The notes under the pieces: generated by a model
Databases searched by the model: none
What the model was told of the DNA's origin: nothing
What the model saw: the letters and a program-made list of their open reading frames with translations, nothing else
From: Candidatus Sulfomarinibacteraceae bacterium
GTDB taxonomy: Bacteria; Acidobacteriota; Thermoanaerobaculia; Thermoanaerobaculales; Sulfomarinibacteraceae
DNA length: 64,000 nucleotides
Assembly: GCA_963796455.1 (NCBI GenBank)
Contig: CAWCLO010000001.1
Span: 1,088,001 to 1,152,000, forward strand
Reading direction: 5' to 3'
Made by a program: the position numbers and the translations under genes
Part shown: one piece after another, positions 47,319-57,215 of the stretch
How the letters are laid out: the number at the start of each line of letters is the position of its first letter
Position numbering within the stretch: the stretch's first letter is position 1

Positions 47319-48632
47319 TCAGAGCGGGCTGACCCCTCTCAAAGAAGCCTGATCAGTCTCCGAGAGCCGGTTTTCGAATCGTCGCTTCTGCCTCTCGAAC
47401 CTCCGGGCCAGAACTCGAGCCACTGTTCGGTGTCCCGCCACCGAGAGGTGGTCGTCATTCTCCCGGATGACATTCTCGGCCCCGAGCAGCCTCATTTCGG
47501 CGATCGGATCAACGCAGATGATGCCGAGATCACGACAGATTTCGGCCACCCGGCGCGCGGGCTTACGAAAATCCAGATCCTGTTCCGATTCGATGACACC
47601 GAAATCGCGCATCTCCGCCAGTGCGTCCGGATAGGCAAACATCTGAAGCCGACCCGCGATATCGGAGCTCGTTGGAATGGTCACGACGACGAATTGAAAA
47701 CCCCGTTCATCCGAAAGATCCTTGAATCGGGAGAATACTTCCCGCAAAAGATCGAATGCCTCGTTCATCTTCGCCGAGTATTCCTTCCGGTACGTCGCGA
47801 CCTCGCCATCACGGTAGTGAAGCAGATCGACGCCCTGATCATCAAAGAGGGGCGGCCAGACACCAAAGGCCCCTCCATTGGATCCTGATTGCGCAAAGAA
47901 ATTGATCGATCGCCTGACCGACAATCCCTGGAGGTACGCGAAATGCGCCAGGGCGGAGCGCTGGCGGAGAATCTCCGATCCCCGTTTCAATGAGAGCGGT
48001 GAAACCCGCAGCAGGTGCTCATGAGCGATATTGAAATTGATGTCGTTGGCCATGAAAACACCCACGACGACGATGTCCGGCTTCATTCGCAGCAGTTGAT
48101 CCGCTACCAGGCGATATTCGCTCACGGTCGACATTCCGATGACACCCGCGTTGAGAACCTCGATGCCGTCGGTCTCGCCGACGAGCTCCCCGAAAACTGC
48201 AGGGAACGCCTCGTCGACAGCGACCCCGGCACCGTATGTCCCTGAATCACCGGCAAATATGACCCGCGTACAACCCGGTGATTTGGCGAAGGCCATGCGT
48301 TGACCCCTGATCTCGACCCCATCAGACAGGTCGGGGTCGAAAAACACGTCGTGGACCCAACTTTCCCTGGGAATTTGTCCGAGATTGCAGTCGAAAACCG
48401 TTCGTAGTCGTTCGTGTTCTCCCTGATACCCGACGATTCGCAACCCCAGTTCAGCGGCCAGAAGCCCGGCTGTCAGGCCCAGCATCGAGAGCGCGGCGAT
48501 GCCCACCGGGCCTGCCCGGCTTGCCTGTGAACCTCGCGCCCTGGTCCTCTTCCGCATGCCAGGCAGAGGAACACTGGTCGGCGCAGGTGAGGCCAACTCA
48601 GGTTCCTGCAATCGCTGATAGCGAGTATTCAT
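47319..48632 (-). CDS. Membrane-anchored SGNH hydrolase (start uncertain)
   Basis: AELGLR, GDSGTYG, NAGVIG, ND and DDHLS. Confidence 0.8.
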   Translation of the reverse strand: MNTRYQRLQEPELASPAPTSVPLPGMRKRTRARGSQASRAGPVGIAALSMLGLTAGLLAAELGLRIVGYQGEHERLRTVFDCNLGQIPRESWVHDVFFDPDLSDGVEIRGQRMAFAKSPGCTRVIFAGDSGTYGAGVAVDEAFPAVFGELVGETDGIEVLNAGVIGMSTVSEYRLVADQLLRMKPDIVVVGVFMANDINFNIAHEHLLRVSPLSLKRGSEILRQRSALAHFAYLQGLSVRRSINFFAQSGSNGGAFGVWPPLFDDQGVDLLHYRDGEVATYRKEYSAKMNEAFDLLREVFSRFKDLSDERGFQFVVVTIPTSSDIAGRLQMFAYPDALAEMRDFGVIESEQDLDFRKPARRVAEICRDLGIICVDPIAEMRLLGAENVIRENDDHLSVAGHRTVARVLARRFERQKRRFENRLSETDQASLRGVSPL

Positions 48633-48815
48633 CTCTGAAAGACGGGCCGTCGAGCGAAAAAACGGCGACGTTACATCATGGGCACTACATGTGCTCCTTC
48701 GCTCAATTGTTCATTTTATCAGGTAAAAATCGGATCACGAGGGTTTTGCAACCGGGGAGAGCCGCCCTGTGAGCGACTACCAGCGCGGTTCCTGCGGATT
48801 CTCCGAGACAGAGCG

Positions 48816-49190
48816 TCAGGAAAACTCGAGTAATTCGACCGGCATGCCGTTGTGGAGAATCATCGCGACTCGCACTCCGCCCATCGGTGACGTGAGATCC
48901 CCGATCAGCTCTTTGCCCTCGATCGCCGCGTCGATGTCATCCACCTCGAAGGCGAGGTGAGGAACCGTCCGGACCAGTTCTGAAATCGGGCTATCCGGCT
49001 CGAAACGCATCCACTCCACCCCGTAGGGGCTGGAATCAAAACCGACCACGTGCATTCCGTACTCTTCAAGAAAGCGTTCCCCGGGCCGTACCTCGTCGGT
49101 CGGGATGCCCATGTGGTGGTATCGCCAACCCCACTCGGCGGTAGCCTGGGGCAATTCGTGCTCACGACGCGCTTTTTTTGATGCCGTCAT
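48816..49190 (-). CDS. VOC/glyoxalase-like small protein
   Basis: YHHMGIPT, PHLAFEVDD and PVELLEF. Confidence 0.75.
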   Translation of the reverse strand: MTASKKARREHELPQATAEWGWRYHHMGIPTDEVRPGERFLEEYGMHVVGFDSSPYGVEWMRFEPDSPISELVRTVPHLAFEVDDIDAAIEGKELIGDLTSPMGGVRVAMILHNGMPVELLEFS

Positions 49191-49251
49191 GTCGACAATG
49201 ATGCCACAGGCGGCAGACTTTCTCCCCTTCCCCTGTCAGTCTCGGCGCCCG

Positions 49252-49697
49252 AGTTGCAGCGGCAGCGACAGTGTCCAGCGTCAGCGTCAGCGACAGCGGC
49301 AGCGGTCAGGAGTACAGGCGGCGAAGTGGCCACCACCGGGTCGTTCAAAAGAAGGGGTAGCCGGTGGGCGGCCGAGTCGGTAGAGACCGGTCGAATCACT
49401 GGAGAATCGCCTACGCCTCGGCGAAAGAGGTCGACAGCCACTTGCTACTCCTCGCCCACGCCGGAGCGATCAGCCCTAACGGAGCCAGTGAAGCGATGAA
49501 CGCCTTCGATCAAGTCCGTGCCATGACCTGGCGGCTGCTGAACCCGAAGAAGTGATTGCAGTCGCTGTCCCGGCCGCTGGTCGCTGCCGCTGACTCCTGT
49601 TCTCTGACGCTGTTCCCTGTCGCCGTCCCTGAACGATAGCCGACACCCTGTCTTGAACAAGAGTGATCCAGCATCTAGCATCCAGCATCGAGTATCG
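49252..49697 (+). mobile_element. Four-helix-bundle element with an internal deletion (copy E)
   Basis: Full left end and 5' half of the leader fused to the 3' half of the ORF; right arrays; GAACAAGAGTGA; then AGCATC heptamers. Confidence 0.8.
49376..49555 (+). pseudogene. 5'-deleted four-helix-bundle gene
   Basis: GRDRSNHWRIAYASAKEV...RAMTWRLLNPKK* lacking the N-terminal half and the RBS. Confidence 0.9.
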
Positions 49698-49700
49698 AAG

Positions 49701-49773
49701 GGCCGGACGGCTCTCCCTTTCCCCCCTTCTCCCTTTCTCCCTTTCCCTTTCCCCCCTGCCCTCTGCCCCCCTG
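49701..49773. repeat. Pyrimidine-rich 8-mer array (CCCTTTCY / CCCTGCC)
   Basis: Read directly; approximately complementary to 51555-51652. Confidence 0.8.
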
Positions 49774-49799
49774 AACGGGGCGCGGGTAAAATACTGCGC

Positions 49800-51488
49800 A
49801 TGACATCCATACTCGCCGTTCTGGTGTGCTTCGCGGTCTATTTCGCGGGCTATCTCTTCTACTCCCGCTATCTGGCCGAAAAGCTCTTCACGCTGCGGCC
49901 CGATGCCGAAACACCGGCCCACGCGCTGCGCGACGGGATCGACTACGTCCCGACACCGCCATTGGTTCTCTTCGGCCACCACTACGCCTCGATCACCGGT
50001 CTCTCGCCCATGCTCGGACCGGCTATCGCCGTCGTCTGGGGCTGGCTCCCAGCCATGATCTGGGTGGTCTTCGGCTCGATCCTGATCGGCTGTGTTCACG
50101 ATTTCGGCGCGTTGGTGATCTCGGTGCGCGCCAAGGGACTCTCGATCGGCTCGATTGCCGAAGGCCTGATGGGCAAGCGCGCCAAGTCGCTGATGCACGC
50201 GATCATCTTTTTTGCCATTGCCCTGGCGATGGGCGTCTTCGCCTACGTGGTCGGGCTCTTGTTTTCAGCCTCCTACTACCCGGAATCGGTGGTCCCGTCC
50301 GGAGTGATCCTGGTCGCGGCGTTGATCATCGGGTGGCTGGTCCGGCGCAAGGGATTCCGCCTCGGCACATTGATCTCCATCGCCTTTGTGATCATCCTCG
50401 CAGTGGTCGTCGCCTCGCCCCACATGCCCGTCAAATGGGCGTCCTCCGGCGGTTGGACCTGGATTCTGCTCGCTTACGCCTGGCTCGCCTCGGTGCTCCC
50501 GGTGTGGTCCCTGCTCCAACCCCGTGATTTTCTCAACTCGCTGCTGCTCTACGTCGGTCTCGGTCTGACTTACATCGGCTTCTTTATCCTTCGTCCCGAG
50601 TTCGCCTCGCCCGTAATCGACACTCACCCGGTCGGTGCGCCACCGATGTACCCCTTTGTGTTCATCGTCATTGCGTGCGGCGCCGCCTCGGGCTTCCACT
50701 CGCTGGTTTCATCCGGAACCACCGCGAAACAGCTCGACCGCGAGCCCCAGGCGCGCCCCATCGGTTATGGGGCCATGATCGGAGAATCACTGCTCGGTCT
50801 GGCGGCGGTTCTCGCGTGTACCGCAGGTTTTGTGTCACCCACCGCCTGGCGCCACCACTACGCGGATTGGGGCTCGATCCAGGGTCTCGGCAACAGCATG
50901 TCGGCTTTCATCGAAGGGGCGACCCGGTTCGTCTCGGTAGTCGGCCTGCCCGAACAGACCGCCCGCACCCTGATCGCCGTAGTGGTGGTGAGTTTCGCGC
51001 TGACGACCCTCGATTCGGCCACCCGCCTCCTGCGCTACAACATCGAAGAAATTGCCACATCCATCAGATTCCAACCACTCCGGAACCGCTACCTCTCATC
51101 CACCCTGGCGGTGGCGGCGATTTCCTTTTTCGCCTTCTATCGAATTGAGGGGCAGTCGGCGGGACTGGTCCTGTGGCAACTGTTTGGATCGACCAACCAG
51201 CTCCTGGCCGGTCTTGCGCTGCTCACAGTGTCGCTGTATCTCCTGCAACGCGGCCGCCCGGCCCTCCCCTATCTGATTCCGATGTTCTTCATGATGATCA
51301 CGACCCTCATCGCCATGGCGATCAAGCTCCGCTCCTTCTGGGAGCAGGGCAATCAGACCCTGCTCGTTGTCGGTGGCATCATCACGGTCATCGCCTTGTG
51401 GTTGGTCGTTGAGGCGGTGCTCGCGATCCGGCGGTTCTCGCGCACGCCTCCGGTGGAAAGTCTGGATATCGAGCTTCCGGGGATGTAG
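49800..51488 (+). CDS. cstA: Carbon starvation protein A family transporter
   Basis: TPAH...DGIDYVP, FGHHYASI, LLQPRD, IACGAASGFH, TTLDSATRL and LFGSTNQ. Confidence 0.93.
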   Translation: MTSILAVLVCFAVYFAGYLFYSRYLAEKLFTLRPDAETPAHALRDGIDYVPTPPLVLFGHHYASITGLSPMLGPAIAVVWGWLPAMIWVVFGSILIGCVHDFGALVISVRAKGLSIGSIAEGLMGKRAKSLMHAIIFFAIALAMGVFAYVVGLLFSASYYPESVVPSGVILVAALIIGWLVRRKGFRLGTLISIAFVIILAVVVASPHMPVKWASSGGWTWILLAYAWLASVLPVWSLLQPRDFLNSLLLYVGLGLTYIGFFILRPEFASPVIDTHPVGAPPMYPFVFIVIACGAASGFHSLVSSGTTAKQLDREPQARPIGYGAMIGESLLGLAAVLACTAGFVSPTAWRHHYADWGSIQGLGNSMSAFIEGATRFVSVVGLPEQTARTLIAVVVVSFALTTLDSATRLLRYNIEEIATSIRFQPLRNRYLSSTLAVAAISFFAFYRIEGQSAGLVLWQLFGSTNQLLAGLALLTVSLYLLQRGRPALPYLIPMFFMMITTLIAMAIKLRSFWEQGNQTLLVVGGIITVIALWLVVEAVLAIRRFSRTPPVESLDIELPGM

Positions 51489-51522
51489 AGGATGCTGGAT
51501 GCGGAATCCGCCACCCAACCCA

Positions 51523-51776
51523 TCCGATCCCGTTCCCGATCCCGCAAGCACGCAGGGGAGAAAGGGGGAAAGGGGGAAAGGGAGATCCATCTCAGACATG
51601 GCAGAGGGCAGAGGGGCAAGGGGGCAGAGGAGAAAGGGAGGCCGTCGGTCCGTTCTGTGGTTCACCTTCACATCGACAGCGATGTCCTCTCTGCGTTCAC
51701 CTGCGTGATCTGCGGTTTCTCCTGGGTTGTTCGGCGAAATCCGAAATCCGAAATCCGAAATTCCTAATTCCTAATC
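51523..51776. repeat. Stack of repeats: CCCGAT 6-mers, GAAAGGGG and GCAGAGGG 8-mers, a 9-mer arm, and GAAATCC 7-mers
   Basis: Read directly; each unit recurs elsewhere in the window. Confidence 0.85.
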
Positions 51777-51810
51777 AAAGGGCTCCGGCGACGACCGAAA
51801 TCTTCCGTCG

Positions 51811-52230
51811 TTACAGATCTGACGTTTCGGCGGTCTCCGGATCCGTCTGCCAACGATCCCAGAATGCGCTGCGCTCCGCGCCATCGTCGCCTTGAGCCAC
51901 GAGATCGTGCACGACATCGAAGGTTGCGGCCCAGCCGCCCGGGGGAAGCTCGTCACCGATCACCAGTGCGGTCGCCCGATTGGGGTTGGCGGGCTCTCCC
52001 ACCAGGACCACCGGATCATCGACCTCCCCGATCTCAGGGGCCCACAGGATGTGGGGGACAAAGGCGAGTTTTTCGTAAGTCCACAGATAATCATCGAGGA
52101 TCTGGCGTCGGCCGGCGTCAGCCACCCACACCACCACCCGGTCGTGTTCGCGGTGCAGTTGGTCGAGCAGATCGGCCAACTGCCGCGCACGCTTGGGACC
52201 ACGCAATGGATGGAGCACGAGACGGGTCAC
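51811..52230 (-). CDS. holC: DNA polymerase III chi subunit-like protein
   Basis: LDDYLWTY...FVPH and DPVVL. Confidence 0.7.
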   Translation of the reverse strand: MTRLVLHPLRGPKRARQLADLLDQLHREHDRVVVWVADAGRRQILDDYLWTYEKLAFVPHILWAPEIGEVDDPVVLVGEPANPNRATALVIGDELPPGGWAATFDVVHDLVAQGDDGAERSAFWDRWQTDPETAETSDL

Positions 52231-52300
52231 AATTCGAGATTCTACAGCAGCGCCATTTTTTCACCTCTCCAGCGCCATTATTCGGTGTTATGTTTTGATC

Positions 52301-53611
52301 ATGAGCAGCACGAAAGACGACAATTTTGCCTACGTCATCCGCGGCGGGCAGCCTATTCACGGCACCCTGATCCCCGGTGGAAACAAGAATGCGGCCCTGC
52401 CGATGCTTGCAGCAACCCTGCTCGGCAACGGCCCGGTGGAACTCGGCAATGTGCCCGAGATCCGAGATGTGGGCGTCATGGTCGAGATCCTGGCCGAACT
52501 CGGCGCCACGGTCGAGAAAAGAGGGCCCGGCGTATGGTCGATCGACGGATCAACGGTGAAAATTCAAGCTGTACCGGCCACGCTGGCGTGCGAGATCCGC
52601 GCGTCATTCCTTCTCGCCGGCCCCTTGGTAGCGCGCCACGGTAGGGCTGAACTTCCTCGCCCGGGCGGCGATCGTATCGGCCGGAGGCCACTCGACACCC
52701 ACATCCACGCACTGGAAGCCCTGGGTGTCGATATCGAGATCTCGCCGGATCGATATCGGCTCCACGCCCCGGCCGGTCTGACCGGCACCGATATCTTCCT
52801 CGACGAAATGAGCGTGATGGCAACCGAAAACACCGTCATGGCGGCATCGGTGGCCAGCGGTACGACCACGATTCGAAACGCCGCATCCGAACCCCATGTG
52901 CAGGAGCTCTGTCACCTCATCAACGCCATGGGAGGCATGGTGCGTGGTGTCGGCACCAACACGCTCCTGGTGGAGGGACGACCGGATCTCGGCAGCTGTT
53001 CAGCGAAGATCGGCCCCGACCCGGTCGAGGTCGGGAGTTTTATCGGGCTCGCCGCAGTCACCGGAGGCGAACTCCGCATCGTCGATGCCGAACCCGAGAT
53101 CCACCATCGGATGACTGAACTGTGTTTTGGCCGCCTTGGCATCAAGTGGCGGGTGGTCGGCAACGATATCGTCGTCCCTGCTGATCAGGACCTCGTGGTA
53201 CAGGATGACGTCCATGGCGCCATCCCAAAAATCGACGACGGTCCCTGGCCGGCCTTCCCGGCCGACCTGACGTCGATCTCGGTGGTGCTTGCGACCCAAG
53301 CGCGGGGCACGATCCTGATCCACGAAAAAATGTTTGAAAGCCGTCTTTTCTGGGTCGACCGGCTGATCGCCATGGGCGCCCGGATCGTGCTCTGCGACCC
53401 CCATCGCGCGGTGGTTGTCGGACCGAGCAAACTCCACGGCCAGAACCTGGCCAGCCCGGACATCCGCGCCGGCATGGCCTTGGTGATCGCCGCCCTGGTG
53501 GCGGAGGGCGAAAGCGTCATCCACAACATTCGCCAGGTCGAACGCGGCTATCAGAATCTTCACCACCGGCTGCAGGGTCTCGGCGCGGACGTCGAGCGCA
53601 TCGAAGAATAA
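52301..53611 (+). CDS. murA: UDP-N-acetylglucosamine 1-carboxyvinyltransferase
   Basis: [34 protein letters not shown] and RGY. Confidence 0.95.
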   Translation: MSSTKDDNFAYVIRGGQPIHGTLIPGGNKNAALPMLAATLLGNGPVELGNVPEIRDVGVMVEILAELGATVEKRGPGVWSIDGSTVKIQAVPATLACEIRASFLLAGPLVARHGRAELPRPGGDRIGRRPLDTHIHALEALGVDIEISPDRYRLHAPAGLTGTDIFLDEMSVMATENTVMAASVASGTTTIRNAASEPHVQELCHLINAMGGMVRGVGTNTLLVEGRPDLGSCSAKIGPDPVEVGSFIGLAAVTGGELRIVDAEPEIHHRMTELCFGRLGIKWRVVGNDIVVPADQDLVVQDDVHGAIPKIDDGPWPAFPADLTSISVVLATQARGTILIHEKMFESRLFWVDRLIAMGARIVLCDPHRAVVVGPSKLHGQNLASPDIRAGMALVIAALVAEGESVIHNIRQVERGYQNLHHRLQGLGADVERIEE

Positions 53612-53617
53612 TCGCCC

Positions 53618-55351
53618 TCACTCCGGAGAGTAGATCTCCGGTCGATCGGGATAGAAGCTCCGAAGCCTGTCGCTGAGTGCCGCGACCTCCTCCCTGCTGT
53701 TGTGGCGCCGCCGCTGAAAGACCGTCACCGTCACACCATCATCGAGCACAAAGCGCTCCGGCAATGGAGTGAATGCGAGCGCGATATCGGTCCCAGCGAG
53801 GAAACTGGCCGCCGGCTCACCCACCGTACGCTGATCTTCGGGGCGAAGATGGTATTGCACCGGGTGAGCAACCAGCACCACATCGGCCAACAACAGACCG
53901 CGCGGAAAACCGTCTCTGCGATCCACATGCGAGGCGCCGAGAATTTCACTCGGCGATCGGTAGGAGGTGCCCATGGAGAGATTCGAAAAACCGAGCACAT
54001 GGTCCGACAGTTTTTCGGAACTGGAAAGAACGTAGAGATGTCCTGTGCGGCCCGCAAAAACCTGATCCAGATAGGACAGCAGCCGTTGCACCTCGGCCAG
54101 ATCATTTCGGATTTGCGGACGGATGACATCAGCCGGCAGCATGGGAGTCAAATGCTTTCGCCAGCCCGATTTTGCGGGCGCAAAGACCGCAACGACCGTC
54201 ACCAGACCAACAGCAGTCAATGCAACGAGAAACGCCCGTTTTCTCTTTCGTCTGACTTGGGAGGCGATCTGGACGAGAGCAAGACCGATGATCAGGAGAA
54301 TCTGCGGCGAGTAGAGATACCAATGTTGCGGAGAATGATCCTGAATCCGCACCATGATGGCAAATGTGCACACAAGATGTGCCGCCAGCAGAATGCCTGT
54401 TCGCCGCATTTTCGGGTGCATGAGCAAGACCGCGAGACACCCCGCCAGCACCACCAGACCGACCAGACCGAATCGACCGACAATGGACGCCAACCGTTCC
54501 GAGAAGCCTTCGTGGCTGTAGGCGCTGAACCGATCGGAGTAGTCGGTCCGCATTCGGCTCACGACAATCGGCGCGGCCAGAGCCACTACCGTCAACCCGG
54601 TGCTCATCAGAACGATGGTCAGACCCCGAACCGCTTGCCAAAACCCTCGCAGGTCTTTCTCCGGGGATCGCGAGAATCTCCAGAGCGCATCGGCCGTCAA
54701 GACCACGATGAAGGCCAGACCCCAGATGCCCCACCAGCGACGGAACAGCACCAGGACCGCGAGCAAAACCCCGGCGAGCATCAATGTCCGGTAGCCCTGG
54801 GAAATGAGCCCCTTCTGCCAGATCAATCCGATCACCACCAACGCCAGCGCCACCCCCCCGATACCGAGATAGCCGATGTAGATCGGCTGCCACACGGTGG
54901 CCAGCAACCCGAAGGTCAATGGCGCAACCCAGGGTGGCGGACGCGGCCCGATCCGGGCCAGCGCAAAGATGAGGGCTGCCGCCGCGGCGAAGCCATAGAT
55001 GAGGACGATGGCCAGGAGGTAGACCAATCGCGATCCACCAAAAACCACCATCATCAGCGAAATCGGGACGGCCGGCAGAAGATTCACGTCATCGTTGGCA
55101 ATGGTATGGAGAACCGCCCCGACAGATGCTATGGGATCGTCTCGCATCAATTGGGCCAGGCTTCGGGAGTAGGACCAATAGGCCACCTGATCGGCGTGAT
55201 ACAAGGTCCGTTCAGTTTGCATGAACCAGACGCTGAAGACCGCGACCACGAGGATCATCGCGAGAATCGGAATCAGGAGATCAACCGCCGGTCGTCGAAA
55301 GCAACCGCCCAATCCAATTTCAGCGCGCTGTTCGCTCGCTAAACTCATCAT
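53618..55351 (-). CDS. Polytopic membrane protein, possibly a GT-C glycosyltransferase
   Basis: Many TM segments; DQVAY in the first loop; soluble C-terminal domain. Confidence 0.6.
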   Translation of the reverse strand: MMSLASEQRAEIGLGGCFRRPAVDLLIPILAMILVVAVFSVWFMQTERTLYHADQVAYWSYSRSLAQLMRDDPIASVGAVLHTIANDDVNLLPAVPISLMMVVFGGSRLVYLLAIVLIYGFAAAAALIFALARIGPRPPPWVAPLTFGLLATVWQPIYIGYLGIGGVALALVVIGLIWQKGLISQGYRTLMLAGVLLAVLVLFRRWWGIWGLAFIVVLTADALWRFSRSPEKDLRGFWQAVRGLTIVLMSTGLTVVALAAPIVVSRMRTDYSDRFSAYSHEGFSERLASIVGRFGLVGLVVLAGCLAVLLMHPKMRRTGILLAAHLVCTFAIMVRIQDHSPQHWYLYSPQILLIIGLALVQIASQVRRKRKRAFLVALTAVGLVTVVAVFAPAKSGWRKHLTPMLPADVIRPQIRNDLAEVQRLLSYLDQVFAGRTGHLYVLSSSEKLSDHVLGFSNLSMGTSYRSPSEILGASHVDRRDGFPRGLLLADVVLVAHPVQYHLRPEDQRTVGEPAASFLAGTDIALAFTPLPERFVLDDGVTVTVFQRRRHNSREEVAALSDRLRSFYPDRPEIYSPE

Positions 55352-55475
55352 CGAAGCCTAATGCACAAATTCCGAAATACCTACCATCCAGCAACGGTCC
55401 TGAGCGCCGCGGGCAGCCTTGCGGCGCGAGGAAAAATCTCTGTTCCGTCGCTCGATTCAACAGGACCCACCGATC

Positions 55476-56615
55476 TCACGCACCCTTGAGGGCCGCCAGA
55501 AACTCTGCTCCGAGCTCCTCGAAACGCCAGCCTGAGAGGCCGCCGGCAACCAAATCCTCCGCTGTCGAAGAAGTCGTGCAGGACACAGCGAGCTCGTTCA
55601 GACACCCGCGCGGGCACAGAAGACCGGGTTGGATTTTGAGCGCCTCCGCCTTGGCGTCGCGCACTGCGGTCAGATCTTTGAGGCGCTGTCTGACCTCGGC
55701 CTTTGGCGACGGCGATCGCGGCGCCCTGACGAATTCCGGGGCGCGATCGGGACTCCCCACGAGGCGCAGGAGTTCTCTCCCCCAACGACGAACGGCCCGA
55801 GGTCCCAGGCCATCCATGTCCGCCAGCGCGTTCATATCAGCCGGCGGATCGGTTGCCATCGCCATCAAGACTTTGTTGCCGAGAATCTTGAAAGGCGGCA
55901 CGTCCTTCGACTGCGCCATACCATCCCGCCACTCGAAGAGAGAGAATATGCGGTCGCGGTCCGCCCCGCGCAACGCGCGTGCGCCTTTGATCCGCTCGAA
56001 AGCTGCAGGATCGGCCACCACCGGGGTATGGCGAACATCCTCCTGCCGACGGGATTCATCAACAGCCCAGTTCCAGCGATCCAATTCCTCGAGCCGAAGA
56101 CGAAGCCGTTCAACCAAGCTTTCGAGGTAGGCGGTGTCGGCGGCGGCATATTCCAGGAGTGGAGCGTTGAGAGGCCGGCGGCCCCAGTCGGCGCGTTGGT
56201 ATTTTTTTTCGAGAGCAACGCCCAGTTCTTTTTCGAGCAGTGCGGCCAGCCCGGTCTTCTCTTCGCCAAGCAGTTGCGCCATGAGCTGGGTATCGAGGAG
56301 GCCGGCGACGCGGGCGCCATAGTCGCGGTCGAGAATCCGCACGTCGTAGTCAGATCCGTGCATCAAGATCGGTATCGAACGGTCGCCGACAATCTCCCAC
56401 AGAGGCTGCAGATCACCCGCTTCGAATACCAGCGGATCGATGATGAAATGCTCATCGTCTGCCGAGAGCTGAATCAGACACACCTTGTGAAAATAGGAAT
56501 GCATCGAATCGGCTTCGGTGTCGAGGGCAAAGCGGCCGGCGCGCACGCAGCGCTCCACAGCGCGCCGGACACCCGCGGTCGAATCGATCCACTGGGGACG
56601 AATCCTGTCGGACAT
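55476..56615 (-). CDS. rnd: Ribonuclease D (DEDD exonuclease plus HRDC)
   Basis: LDTEAD, CLIQ, DWGRRPL, YAAADT and WRD...DVPPFKIL. Confidence 0.9.
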   Translation of the reverse strand: MSDRIRPQWIDSTAGVRRAVERCVRAGRFALDTEADSMHSYFHKVCLIQLSADDEHFIIDPLVFEAGDLQPLWEIVGDRSIPILMHGSDYDVRILDRDYGARVAGLLDTQLMAQLLGEEKTGLAALLEKELGVALEKKYQRADWGRRPLNAPLLEYAAADTAYLESLVERLRLRLEELDRWNWAVDESRRQEDVRHTPVVADPAAFERIKGARALRGADRDRIFSLFEWRDGMAQSKDVPPFKILGNKVLMAMATDPPADMNALADMDGLGPRAVRRWGRELLRLVGSPDRAPEFVRAPRSPSPKAEVRQRLKDLTAVRDAKAEALKIQPGLLCPRGCLNELAVSCTTSSTAEDLVAGGLSGWRFEELGAEFLAALKGA

Positions 56616-56760
56616 GGAGGGGGATGGTAGCAGACCGGTCCCCATCTCGATGCTGGATGCTCGAACCGCCACATAGCAGAGGGGCGGAGGGGCAAGGGGG
56701 CAGAGGGAAAAAGGGGAACCTTTCGGCACCGGTTTCGCACGCACGCGAATGCCGCCTCCC

Positions 56761-56882
56761 GATGTCATCCTGAGCGGAGCCCCAAAGGGGCGCAGTCGAA
56801 GGATCTACGGCGCACACGGGAGAGACCCAAGACCGCAGATCCTTCGACTCGGCCGTCGGACGGCCTCGCTCAGGATGACATC
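56761..56882. repeat. Palindromic repeat element GATGTCATCCTGAGCG...CGCTCAGGATGACATC
   Basis: Perfect 16-bp outer and 13-bp inner (AGTCGAAGGATCT/AGATCCTTCGACT) inverted repeats, with side hairpins. Confidence 0.9.
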
Positions 56883-56921
56883 TTGAACGACGGTTCCGAT
56901 CCCGAGCCCGATCCCGTTCCC

Positions 56922-57001
56922 GAAAGGGAGAAAGGGGGAAAGGGAGAAAGGGAGAAAGGGGAAAGGGGGAAAGGGGGAAAGGGGGAAGGGGAAGAGGGAG
57001 A
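56922..57001. repeat. Purine 8-mer array (GAAAGGGR)n
   Basis: Read directly. Confidence 0.9.
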
Positions 57002-57040
57002 ACCGTACCGGAAGCTCTGTACATGATAAGGAGCGGGTGT

Positions 57041-57160
57041 CCTCTGCTCCTCTGCTCCTCTGCTCCTCTGCTCCTCTGCTCCTCTGCTCCTCTGCTCCTC
57101 TGCTCCTCTGCTCCTCTGCTCCTCTGCTCCTCTGCTCCTCTGCTCCTCTGCTCCTCTGCT
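57041..57160. repeat. (CCTCTGCT)15 perfect array
   Basis: 120 nt perfect; approximately complementary to the GCAGAGGG units at ~56676-56710. Confidence 0.97.
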
Positions 57161-57215
57161 CGACGAACCCATCTCGATCACGGTCTCTTCAAGGGAATTC
57201 CGCTATGCTTCGGGC

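Noticed and set aside
39113..55342. Long plus-strand ORFs at 39113-40852, 43512-45188 and 53702-55342
   Set aside because: Antisense to clpC, lysS and the membrane protein gene; expected in high-GC DNA; no recognisable motifs.
56761..56882. tRNA or riboswitch
   Set aside because: Near-perfect palindrome without tRNA D/T-loop motifs; better explained as a dispersed palindromic repeat.
32882..57160. CRISPR arrays
   Set aside because: The repeats are contiguous short units without unique spacers, and there are no cas genes.
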